DNA from: Desulfobacterium sp. | GTDB taxonomy: Bacteria > Desulfobacterota > Desulfobacteria > Desulfobacterales > Desulfobacteraceae | Reading direction: 5' to 3' | Assembly (NCBI GenBank): GCA_030145245.1 | Contig: JAQYWC010000070.1 | Span: 6,040 to 70,039, forward strand | Length of the DNA stretch: 64,000 nucleotides | In this document: positions 26,515 to 35,478 of the stretch, in pieces | Layout of the letters: the number at the start of each line of letters is the position of its first letter | Numbering within the stretch: the first letter of the stretch is position 1 | Notes under the pieces: model-generated | Told to the model about the DNA's origin: nothing | The model's database searches: none | The model's input: the letters and a program-made list of their open reading frames with translations, nothing else | Made by a program: the position numbers and the translations under genes

Positions 26515-28911
26515 ATGAACAAAACAGACAAAAGCAAACCGGGCACATCAAAAAGAATCCGAACTTACTGCGCCCAGTGCTGGAGCAATTGTCCGGCCGT
26601 GGCGCACATTGAAAATGGTAAATTCACCCGGGTGACACCCGATAAGGAACATCATTTTTACAGGCCGCTTTGCCCTAAAGGGCTGGCCGGACCGGAAATG
26701 GTTTATAGCAATACCAGACTTACGTATCCCCTTAAGCGTACGAATCCTAAAGGTGCGGCTGATCCCGGGTGGAAGCGCATAAGCTGGGAGGAAGCATTGG
26801 ATACGGTTACTGCTGAAATGAAAAACATTAAAGCCCGATATGGCGCTGAGGCATTTGTTTTTTCACAGACCAATGTTTCCTCACCGTTGTGGGAGATCAC
26901 ATCGTTCATAAGGCGGTTATCCAACATCTACGGCACCCCCAACCACATGACAACCACCCACATCTGCAACTGGCATAGGGATAATGGATCGGCTTTCACC
27001 TTTGGCAAACCCGGAAATGCCTTTGCGGCGGGCTGGCCGGATTTCAAAAACAGTAAATGCATTCTCATTTGGGGACACAACCCCAAGGCCACACACAATG
27101 CTTTCAGACGGCAAATTAAAGCTGCACGAAAGAATGGAGCCAAGGTCATTGTTGTTGACCCGCGGCGAACAGAGATTGCAGCTAAAGCGGATCTTTGGTT
27201 GCCGGTTAAGCCGGCAACGGATGGTGCCCTGGCCTTGGGCATGATTCATCTTATGATAAAACATAAACTATTCGATGATCGTTTTGTACGGAACTGGACC
27301 AATGCACCGTTATTGGTGAGGAGCGACACAGGAGATCTGCTTCAGGTTTCTTCCGTTGATTCTTCCGGGAAAAACCAGGGTCTGTTTTATTTAATAGATC
27401 CTGGAAACAATCAGCCCGTCCCCTCCATACCCGGATCAAAGCTTGATTTCACCCCGTGCCTTGAAAAAAAAACCAATATCAAGCTTGCCGATGGTAAACG
27501 TGTCGAATGCAAAACCGTCTTTACACGGCTTAAAGAAGCTGTGGCAATGTATACGCCTGAAGTTGTCGAACAGCACACATCGATTCCCATGGAGCTTTTG
27601 GAAAAAACAGTTCGCACGGTTACCGGCAACAGCCCGGCATGCTGGTATTCATTCAATGGTGTGGAACAGAACCTGAATGCCACTCAAACGAATCGGGCCA
27701 TATGCACCTTCTATGCTCTTACGGGAGATTATGACAAAAAGGGTGGCAATACCGTACATTCTCCTCTTCCCCCCCTGGACTATCCTTTCGGTTTTGAATT
27801 TATCACTCAGGAGATGCCTGGAAAGAATATAGCCATCTCAAAACATCCCCTCGGCCCGGCGGGTAGCCTTATGTCCGTTCCGCCCTACCAGATATGCAAA
27901 GCCATTGAAGAAGCAGACCCGTACCCGGTTAAAGGGCTCCTGGTCTTTGGCGCAAATACGGTTTCCGCCAATCCGGACAGCAAGATGACAGCAAATGCAC
28001 TGAAGAAGCTGGATTTTCATGTTCATGTTGCCCTCGATATCAATCCGACGGCAGAATTTGCAGACATCATCCTGCCCTCAACAAGTTTCTGGGAGACAGG
28101 TCGTATCGGCTATCCTCTGGAATTTCAAGCAAACCAATGGATACTGCAATGGCGTGAACCGGCGGCAAAGCCACGCGGAGAAAGCAAAGACGAATTATGG
28201 ATCATATTTGAACTTGCAAAACGACTGGGATTTGCCGACAAATTCTGGAATGGAAACATTGAGGCCGCTTTTGAAGCGATGCTTGGGCCCACTGAAATTA
28301 AGCTCAAAGACCTGAAAAAAGCGGATGGAGGAATATTCATACAGGAGCCGTTTGAGTATCAGAAACACAAAAAAATCGGCTTTGACAGCATCTCCGGACG
28401 TGTAGAACTCTTCTCTCAACATCTGAAGGAGATCGGGCAAGCGCCTGTACCGGAATGGAAAAACCCCTATGAGATTTTCAAAAAGGCCGGAATAGACAAG
28501 GACAGTTATCCTTTTATTCTCATCAATTCCAAATTGCGCGGGTATTGTCAATCCCAGCACCGGGCCATCCCCTCTTTAAGGAAACAACATCCCCATCCGT
28601 TTTTAGAAATCAACCTGAATACGGCAGAGGAGATCGGCATCACCGAAGGAGAGGCGATCATTCTGGAAACCGTCAATGGTAAAATAACGCTTCAGGCCAA
28701 GCTGATCGATGGTATTGCGCCGGAAGTCGTCTGCACCCAGCACGGATGGTGGCAAGCATGCACTGAACTGGGCTTGCCCGGTCATGATATTTACTCCCCC
28801 AAAGGCCCGAATGTTAACCTGTTATATAAAAATGATTTTACAGACCCGATAAGTGGATCCGTGCACATTCGGGGTTTTCCTTGCAACATTAGAAAAAAAG
28901 GACTTGACTAA
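26515..28911 (+). CDS. Molybdopterin (bis-MGD) oxidoreductase catalytic subunit, DMSO-reductase superfamily, cytoplasmic type
   Basis: 798 aa. The N-terminal Fe-S motif is CAQCWSNCPAVAHIENGK...LCPKG, with MopB core blocks and a C-terminal beta-barrel region. There is no Tat signal. GGAGGAGG is upstream. Confidence 0.85.
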   Translation: MNKTDKSKPGTSKRIRTYCAQCWSNCPAVAHIENGKFTRVTPDKEHHFYRPLCPKGLAGPEMVYSNTRLTYPLKRTNPKGAADPGWKRISWEEALDTVTAEMKNIKARYGAEAFVFSQTNVSSPLWEITSFIRRLSNIYGTPNHMTTTHICNWHRDNGSAFTFGKPGNAFAAGWPDFKNSKCILIWGHNPKATHNAFRRQIKAARKNGAKVIVVDPRRTEIAAKADLWLPVKPATDGALALGMIHLMIKHKLFDDRFVRNWTNAPLLVRSDTGDLLQVSSVDSSGKNQGLFYLIDPGNNQPVPSIPGSKLDFTPCLEKKTNIKLADGKRVECKTVFTRLKEAVAMYTPEVVEQHTSIPMELLEKTVRTVTGNSPACWYSFNGVEQNLNATQTNRAICTFYALTGDYDKKGGNTVHSPLPPLDYPFGFEFITQEMPGKNIAISKHPLGPAGSLMSVPPYQICKAIEEADPYPVKGLLVFGANTVSANPDSKMTANALKKLDFHVHVALDINPTAEFADIILPSTSFWETGRIGYPLEFQANQWILQWREPAAKPRGESKDELWIIFELAKRLGFADKFWNGNIEAAFEAMLGPTEIKLKDLKKADGGIFIQEPFEYQKHKKIGFDSISGRVELFSQHLKEIGQAPVPEWKNPYEIFKKAGIDKDSYPFILINSKLRGYCQSQHRAIPSLRKQHPHPFLEINLNTAEEIGITEGEAIILETVNGKITLQAKLIDGIAPEVVCTQHGWWQACTELGLPGHDIYSPKGPNVNLLYKNDFTDPISGSVHIRGFPCNIRKKGLD

Positions 28912-29384
28912 AGCGTTTAGACTCTACACGCTCACCCCAGGAATACGGTACCGATTTTCTCCTCGCCCGATCCGAAATTCAGCTCCTGGCAACCATTGGG
29001 GGACACAGCGGTTCAAGTGTAACCGAACTTGCGGAGCTCCATGCCGTGACCAAGGAAGCGATCTCAAAGACCCTGAAACAACTGGATACCAAAGGGCTCG
29101 CTGCAAAAGAAACGGACCCGTCCAACACCTCGAGGCTCCTTGTGGAGCTTTACCCTTCCGGGGCGATAACCCTTTCCCCCTATCCCCGGTTTACCGATGA
29201 ATGCATTTTTTGCTACAACTGCACGACGGTATGCCCCAAAGATGCAATTCTGGCGGATCTCTCGCAGATACCACCCATGCTCAGGAAAAGCGCCGGGGCG
29301 GCCTTGATGACCGCCCCGGAAACCCTATCCATGTTTTCTAATTGCTCATCTCTTCCATCTGACTCTCCCAGCTCCAACGGGTAA
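28908..29384 (+). pseudogene. Chimeric gene remnant: a MarR-like HTH fragment joined in frame to a single 4Fe-4S ferredoxin motif
   Basis: The open frame begins right after the oxidoreductase stop and has no good start codon. It reads LARSEIQLLATIGGHSGSSVTELAELHAVTKEAISKTLKQLDTKGLAAKETDPSNTSRLLVEL, then ...CIFCYNCTTVCPKDAI. Both parts are truncated relative to their families. Confidence 0.4.
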
Positions 29385-29823
29385 TCCAGAACAAGCGTTA
29401 AACAATGGGAGGTAACGTTACAGGCGAAACGATCGGAACGATAAGGCCCATGAACCGTAAAGGCATCCCCCTCTGCGAAAATCAGAGGACGGATTTAGGA
29501 CATTACAAAACACTTGCGCACCAATATATTGTATGCTATTTTGGTCATAACATTTCAAATTCACTAACAATAAATTTTATGCCCCCCCCATGCTTTTGCC
29601 GCCGAATTGACATCGGTACCAGATTTGAGATACATAATTGGCCCCACATGCGACCCAGCGGTTCCAACTCAATCAGGATCCACGTACTCCTTTCGCTCCT
29701 CCAGCAATAAAATTCGATCAAAGGTCTATAGGAGGATTCATGGAATTTATTAGGCTCATGTAATTTTGTTTGGATATGATTTCTCCTACAACTGCCATCT
29801 TTTTTTTATAAAAGGAAGCCATC

Positions 29824-30990
29824 ATGATGGGAAATGGTAATGATGCGGTTGGGAAAAACACAGGATACAGACCCGTAACTATCATCTGCCTTGCCATGGT
29901 TTTGCTGCTGGCTTTGGGTGGCGTTGCGCCCGGGAACAACTCCGAACATATGACTATTTATGAATATCTTCAGGTTCATCCGGAACAAAACCAGATTGCG
30001 GCAAACTTCAAGGCCACGATTCGCAGGAATGCGATCCCGGTGGAGCCGGGGGTTCAAGACCGGCCTGTGAAGGTCGCCATTATTTATCCGGCTTTGCAGA
30101 TTTCCGATTATTGGCGCAACAGTGTCCAATCTTTTAAAAAAAGAATGTTAGAAATCGATATCAAATTTCACACCTCGGAATATTATACCAAACCGACGGT
30201 GAACCACCGGATTCAGGAACGACAGATCAAAAAAGCGTTGGGAGACCGGCCGGATTACCTGATATTCACCCTGGACGCAAAAAAGCACCGCTGGCTCATT
30301 GAGCAGATTATCACACAAAAACACCCGAAAATCATTCTTCAGAACATCACCACCCCGCTTCGTATCTGGGAGGGAAAACAACCCTTTCTTTATGTCGGGT
30401 TCGACCATATTCAGGGTTCACTCATGCTTGCGAACTATCTGATAAAAAAGAATAACAACCGGGGGAAATATGCCCTTCTCTATTTTTCTGAAGGTTATGT
30501 CAGCAGGATGCGAGGAGATACATTTGTCAATTATCTTGATGAACATTCACAGATGGAACTGGTTGCAAAATATTATACCGGCGGCGACCCAGCCAAGGCG
30601 GAGGCAGCCGCCATGGAAATAGTCAAGTCAGATCCGGATATCAAATTCATTTACTCATGTTCCACGGACATTTCCCTGGGGGCTGCAAAGGCTCTGGAAC
30701 AGACCGGATTATCGGAACGGATCATGATTAACGGATGGGGGGGTGGCGCTGCTGAATTGAACGCCATGGCCCAGGGACAACTGGAGGTGACCGTCATGAG
30801 AATGAACGACGATAACGGTGTCGCCATGGCAGAGGCCATACGTCTCGATCTGGCCGGCCGGAGGCAGGACGTACCTGTGGTTTTCTGTGGGGATATGGAA
30901 CTTGTAAACACAACAACGCCTCGTAATCAGATAGAGCGTCTGAAAAAAAGAGCCTTTCGTTATTCCGGGAAGCCAGAGATCGAGAAATAA
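29824..30990 (+). CDS. luxP: LuxP-type periplasmic autoinducer-2 (furanosyl borate diester) binding protein
   Basis: A signal peptide is present. Full-length block similarity to my recollection of Vibrio harveyi LuxP: QISDYW, DYLIFTLD, ILQNITTP, QPFLYVGFDH, LYFSEGY, RGDTF, SCSTD, IMINGWGGG, VMRMNDD, AMAEAI, LKKRAFRYS. Confidence 0.8.
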   Translation: MMGNGNDAVGKNTGYRPVTIICLAMVLLLALGGVAPGNNSEHMTIYEYLQVHPEQNQIAANFKATIRRNAIPVEPGVQDRPVKVAIIYPALQISDYWRNSVQSFKKRMLEIDIKFHTSEYYTKPTVNHRIQERQIKKALGDRPDYLIFTLDAKKHRWLIEQIITQKHPKIILQNITTPLRIWEGKQPFLYVGFDHIQGSLMLANYLIKKNNNRGKYALLYFSEGYVSRMRGDTFVNYLDEHSQMELVAKYYTGGDPAKAEAAAMEIVKSDPDIKFIYSCSTDISLGAAKALEQTGLSERIMINGWGGGAAELNAMAQGQLEVTVMRMNDDNGVAMAEAIRLDLAGRRQDVPVVFCGDMELVNTTTPRNQIERLKKRAFRYSGKPEIEK

Positions 30991-31035
30991 AAAACGTGCT
31001 GTGATATTGCCGGATCAAGTCAGTGGGAGCTTGTA

Positions 31036-33747
31036 ATGAGCACAGTCCATCCAAAAAAACTATCCGTCGTCCTGGGCGGTTACCTCTGCTTTACCATCCT
31101 TGTATTTTCCGTTGTAATACTGATGTGGACCTACAATTCCGCAAGCGACCTGATCGATCGCGAAATGAAAAACAATTTCAGACAGGTAGAAAAGATATCC
31201 AAGCAGATCATCATGCGCGAATTCGACAAACTCGATCATTCCCTGACCACAATCCAGAGAAACGAGGCCTTACGCAGTTATCATCCCGGCGCCGGAGAGC
31301 TGAATGGCACAAAACACGATAACGCCATTGACCTGATGATCGCACTGACCGATTCAAATCCCCTGGACATCCTTTTCATTGCAAACCGGGACAATACCAT
31401 TTGGATTGACGCAAGTTCTCCGTTCTATGCGCCTGAGATGGATCTGTCGGAAATAGTCCGCAGGAAGAAAACGCTTATCCATGTCGGCGTGATAGACTGT
31501 TTTGCCGCCCACACGGCCTGCTTATCCGCACTTGTGAAAGCGGTTCCCCTTCTCTCAAAGGACACAGGCAAGGTTGTCGGAACCATATTTGGCGGAATTG
31601 TGCTTGAACACAATTTAAGATTGATGCAGGACATCCATGAAGAAACAGACTCTTCTGTATTATCTTTTTTTATAAATGGCCGTTTAATCGGTGCAACGGA
31701 TCATATGGACGCCGGAACAACCAAGGTTCTTGCTGTTGCCAGGCAAGGGGGCGAGGGAGAATTATTAGTTCAAGACCCCGATCCCGAGTCCGGGTCGCCG
31801 GGCCTTGTTTCCAGCTGGTTCACCATAGAAGTGCATGGGAAAAGAACCCCCCTTGAAATCGGTTCGGCCTTGCCCAGCACACCGTTTCTTAAGCTGAAGG
31901 AGGTGTATGTCCGGAAGGGCATCGTCCTGAGCTTTGTGTTCATGCTTCTGCCTTTTCTGACCATACTTATCATCAGGAAGATGACGTTCAGGCCCCTGGG
32001 GAATTTGCTGGAGTACGCAAAAGCGGTGTCATCCGGCAACTATGCAGCAGAATATCAGCAAGGAACCATTAAGGAGTTCAACCAATTGGGTACAGCCATG
32101 GAAAAAATGGTCATTGGACTTAAAACATCCAACACACAGCTCGTCATGGACATCAACAAGGTAAAAAAAGCGGAAAAAGCCCGGCTGCAAAGCGAAGAAC
32201 GTTACCAGGACCTGTTTGACAATGTGCCGGTCGGTTTATTCCGGAGCACCCCCCAGGGCCGGATCATTTCGGTAAACTACTCCTATATGAAAATGTTCGG
32301 TTTTCAATCCAAAAAGGAGATCCTGGCCTCCTTGAGGGCTGACTCCTTATATGTGGATAGAAAAGACCGTGGCCAGTTCCTGACCCATCTGAAAAAGCAC
32401 AAAAGCATTAAGCAGTTCGAAGTGCAGCTCAAGAGAAAGGACGACTCAATTTTCTGGGGTTCCCTCTCTGCCAGAAGCCACCTGAATTCAGAGGATAAAA
32501 TACAATGGATTGACGGACAAGTGGAGAATATTACCCAGCGTAAAAAGTCAGAGTTGGAAAAAGCCAGGCTCCATGCCCGGTTGAACCAGACCCACAAGAT
32601 GGAAGCCCTTGGCACCATGGCAGGCGGAATTTCCCATGATTTCAACAACATTCTTTCCGCAATCCTCGGTTTTTCAGAGTTCGCCCTGGAGAATACGTCA
32701 CCCGGGGACCCCCGGTACGAGTGCCTGGAAGAGATTTTAAAGGCCGGAGTCCGGGCCCGGGACCTGGTGAAGCAGATTCTCGCTTTCAGCAGACAGGGGG
32801 AACAGGAGATGAAGCCGTTAGAGCTCGAGCCCCTTGTAAGGGAAGCATTGAAACTCCTGCGCGCCTCCATCCCCAGTACCATTGATATTCAAATGGATAT
32901 CACGGATTGCCCGCCCGTAAACGCAGATGCCACCCAGATACACCAGGTCATCATGAACCTGGCCACAAATGCGGCCCAGGCCATGAACAAAAATACAGGT
33001 ATAATAAACGTATCCTTGCGGGAAGTGGATCTGGATCAGACGTTCATGGCTAAATACGCAGGGCTGGCAACGGGCCTCTACACCATGCTGACAGTACAGG
33101 ACACAGGATGCGGAATGACACCGGAAACGGAAATCCGGGCCTTTGACCCCTTCTTTACCACCAAAGATAAGGGATCCGGTACCGGTATGGGCCTGGCTGT
33201 AGTGCATGGCATTGTGCAGGATCATGGCGGGGTGATAACCGTCTACAGCGAACCCGGGACCGGGACGACCTTCAACGTTTATCTGCCGGTGTACAAAACC
33301 CGGGTCAAAGCCCCGCCGGAAATACAAATGGCCGCACAGCACGGCAGTGAAACCGTATTGTTCATAGATGATGAGGAACCGCTTTGCACCATCGGCAAGC
33401 GCATCCTTGAAACCCTGGGATATAGTGTACTTGCGACATGCTCAAGCCTGAAAGCCCTGGACATGTTCAAGGCTCAACCTGGGAAATACGACCTGGTTAT
33501 TACGGACCTGACCATGCCAAAACTGACCGGAAAACAACTCGCAAAGGAGATCACTGCCATCCGCCCCGGTATCCCTGTCATCCTGTGTACAGGATTCAGT
33601 GGTAACTCTTCTAACAATAAGGAGATCCGGGATCACGGGATCACTGCAGTGGTCCATAAACCGTTGTTAATCAGTGAGTTGGCAGAAACCGTTCGTACCA
33701 GCCTGGACCGGAACAGGATCCACGCCACACCACCTTCAATTCAGTAA
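31036..33747 (+). CDS. luxQ: LuxQ-like hybrid sensor histidine kinase (periplasmic domain, HAMP, PAS, HisKA, HATPase_c, REC)
   Basis: Two TM helices flank a ~270-aa periplasmic region. It contains TGKVVGTIFGGIVLEHNLRLMQDI, which resembles the LuxQ periplasmic block TGEVLGFSFNAVVLDNNFALMEKL. The H-box is GGISHDFNNIL, with N/G boxes and a receiver (VLFIDDE...DLVITDLTMPKLTG). It lies 46 nt downstream of luxP. Confidence 0.65.
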   Translation: MSTVHPKKLSVVLGGYLCFTILVFSVVILMWTYNSASDLIDREMKNNFRQVEKISKQIIMREFDKLDHSLTTIQRNEALRSYHPGAGELNGTKHDNAIDLMIALTDSNPLDILFIANRDNTIWIDASSPFYAPEMDLSEIVRRKKTLIHVGVIDCFAAHTACLSALVKAVPLLSKDTGKVVGTIFGGIVLEHNLRLMQDIHEETDSSVLSFFINGRLIGATDHMDAGTTKVLAVARQGGEGELLVQDPDPESGSPGLVSSWFTIEVHGKRTPLEIGSALPSTPFLKLKEVYVRKGIVLSFVFMLLPFLTILIIRKMTFRPLGNLLEYAKAVSSGNYAAEYQQGTIKEFNQLGTAMEKMVIGLKTSNTQLVMDINKVKKAEKARLQSEERYQDLFDNVPVGLFRSTPQGRIISVNYSYMKMFGFQSKKEILASLRADSLYVDRKDRGQFLTHLKKHKSIKQFEVQLKRKDDSIFWGSLSARSHLNSEDKIQWIDGQVENITQRKKSELEKARLHARLNQTHKMEALGTMAGGISHDFNNILSAILGFSEFALENTSPGDPRYECLEEILKAGVRARDLVKQILAFSRQGEQEMKPLELEPLVREALKLLRASIPSTIDIQMDITDCPPVNADATQIHQVIMNLATNAAQAMNKNTGIINVSLREVDLDQTFMAKYAGLATGLYTMLTVQDTGCGMTPETEIRAFDPFFTTKDKGSGTGMGLAVVHGIVQDHGGVITVYSEPGTGTTFNVYLPVYKTRVKAPPEIQMAAQHGSETVLFIDDEEPLCTIGKRILETLGYSVLATCSSLKALDMFKAQPGKYDLVITDLTMPKLTGKQLAKEITAIRPGIPVILCTGFSGNSSNNKEIRDHGITAVVHKPLLISELAETVRTSLDRNRIHATPPSIQ

Positions 33748-33792
33748 TACTTCCCAGGCCGTATGTTCACAGTATGATCCAAGGAGGGAGCT

Positions 33793-34623
33793 ATGAAAGC
33801 AGGCATCATTGGCGCCATGGATGAAGAGATCGAGATCTTGAAATCAAAGATTTCAAATCCCAGCTACTTGACACTGGGTGAATTTACCTTCATCTCCGGC
33901 AAAATTGAGGAGCTGGATGCCGTGGTGATGAAGTCGGGCATTGGAAAGGTGAACGCAGCCATCGGGACAACCCTGCTGATCACCTATTACAACCTGAACT
34001 GTGTCATCAACACGGGAACGGCGGGGGGCATTGATGATGCATTGGAGATCGGGGACGTCGTCATATCAAGTGAAATCCGTCACCACGATGTGGACGCCAC
34101 CGCTTTCGGGTACGAATATGGCCAGGTTCCCCGGATGCCGCCTTCTTATCTTCCCAACAAGGACTTGATGGAGATGGCACACCGATGCGTTTGCGACGAG
34201 GTTGGCAACGAAAAAACCGTGGTGGGGCTCATCGCCACAGGAGATTCTTTTATAGCTGACAGGGCTGCCATCGAATCGGTCAGAAAAAAAATGCCCACGA
34301 TTAAAGTAATTGAGATGGAAGCTGCGGCCATAGCGCAGACATGCCACCAGTTCGGCAAGAGCTTTCTGGCCATACGCTCGGTATCCGACCTGGCCGGGAA
34401 GAAATCCCCAAAGATCTTTAAATCGAATCTGAAAACAGCCTCCGGGAATTCCGCCTCCATCGTGCTGGAACTCCTTAAGGAATTGAAAAGATATGAGCAA
34501 AGGAATGAACGGCGATCTTCGGCTTCCCTCCGGAGCCGCAAGGCAGAGGAGTTAGAAAATGAAGGCAATCTCAAGTTTTACAATCGATCACAATCGCTTG
34601 TTGCCAGGCATCTGCGAGTATAG
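33793..34623 (+). CDS. mtnN: 5'-methylthioadenosine/S-adenosylhomocysteine nucleosidase (Pfs/MtnN) with a ~45-aa non-homologous C-terminal extension
   Basis: The sequence starts MKAGIIGAMDEEI and contains GKVNAA, NTGTAGG and EMEAAAIAQ...RSVSDLAG. GGAGGGAG is upstream. The family is typically ~230 aa, whereas this ORF is 276 aa. Confidence 0.85.
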   Translation: MKAGIIGAMDEEIEILKSKISNPSYLTLGEFTFISGKIEELDAVVMKSGIGKVNAAIGTTLLITYYNLNCVINTGTAGGIDDALEIGDVVISSEIRHHDVDATAFGYEYGQVPRMPPSYLPNKDLMEMAHRCVCDEVGNEKTVVGLIATGDSFIADRAAIESVRKKMPTIKVIEMEAAAIAQTCHQFGKSFLAIRSVSDLAGKKSPKIFKSNLKTASGNSASIVLELLKELKRYEQRNERRSSASLRSRKAEELENEGNLKFYNRSQSLVARHLRV

Positions 34624-34635
34624 GAACGACAGGGG

Positions 34636-35424
34636 ATGGAAGGTAACAGAAACGGAGGCACCAGGATCTCTCCTGTTTCCATTGACCATGTTCCCGGGGC
34701 ATGGATAACACCGGACAAGGTAAACTTCGACCGGGTCATCCTCTACCTCCACGGAGGCGGATTCATGGGGGGCTCCATCAACACCCACAAGGATCTCGGG
34801 GCAAGAATCGCAACCGCCGCCGGAGCAAGGCTTCTCATGCCCGAGTACAGACTTGCCCCGGAGCATCCTTTTCCCTGCGGCCTTAAGGATGCGGTCACGG
34901 CCTGCAAATGGCTTCTGGATCGCCATGTCTCCCCGGAGCAGATCGTGGTTGCAGGGGACTCCGCAGGGGGAGGCCTTGCCACCTCCCTGCTCCTGAAGCT
35001 GAAAAAGAACAACGCCCCCCTTCCAAAGGCAGGGGTGCTCATCTCCCCCTGGGTGGATCTTGCCTGCACCGGAAACTCCCACCACCTCAACCTTGGGAAG
35101 GATGCCATGCTGAACAAAGAGATGCTGGTCTCAACGGCGGCCCAATATGTGGATAAAACCCGGTTGAACCATCCCCTGGTATCGCCGGTCCATGGGGATC
35201 TCTCAGGCCTCTGCCCCCTCCTGATCCATGTGGGGAGCCGGGAGGTGCTGCTGGACGATTCCATCACCCTTGCAGCCAGGGCAAAAGAGGCAGGGGTAGA
35301 GGTCACCCTGGAGGTCTGGGAGGAGATGTTCCATGTGTGGCACTACTTTGCCCCCCATCTGGGCCAGGCCAGGGATGCCATCGACAGTATAGGTCAATGG
35401 ATAAGTGCCAGGTTCAAAGCTTAA
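34636..35424 (+). CDS. HSL-type esterase paralog (copy 2), N-terminally truncated or decayed
   Basis: HGGGF and GDSAGG are conserved. It is ~85% identical to copy 1 from GTRISPVS onward. It lacks the first ~45 aa of copy 1 and has a weak RBS. Confidence 0.7.
   Translation: MEGNRNGGTRISPVSIDHVPGAWITPDKVNFDRVILYLHGGGFMGGSINTHKDLGARIATAAGARLLMPEYRLAPEHPFPCGLKDAVTACKWLLDRHVSPEQIVVAGDSAGGGLATSLLLKLKKNNAPLPKAGVLISPWVDLACTGNSHHLNLGKDAMLNKEMLVSTAAQYVDKTRLNHPLVSPVHGDLSGLCPLLIHVGSREVLLDDSITLAARAKEAGVEVTLEVWEEMFHVWHYFAPHLGQARDAIDSIGQWISARFKA
34657..35421 (+). repeat. Direct repeat, copy 2 (esterase paralog segment, 765 bp)
   Basis: See 24556-25320. It has the same length and the same orientation. Confidence 0.85.
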
Positions 35425-35478
35425 CCCGGTTCATTCATAAGGCCGCCTGTAACTCTAATCTGAACAAAGGAGGGAACC

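Noticed and set aside
29475-29487. A 13-nt match (GCGAAAATCAGAG) to the core of the 28-bp inverted-repeat element could be a third copy.
   Set aside because: Only 13 nt match and the flanks diverge completely. My rough estimate puts the chance of such a partial hit in a window this size at a few percent. Locally it forms its own small hairpin (cctctg/cagagg), which the true copies lack.
29405-29710. A 101-aa ORF lies in the 440-bp region upstream of luxP. I also considered a TTGACA-based promoter at 29607.
   Set aside because: The ORF has no RBS, an odd composition and no recognisable domain. The candidate -10 elements at the proper spacing (atacat or tacata) lack the invariant final T, so I did not call a promoter.
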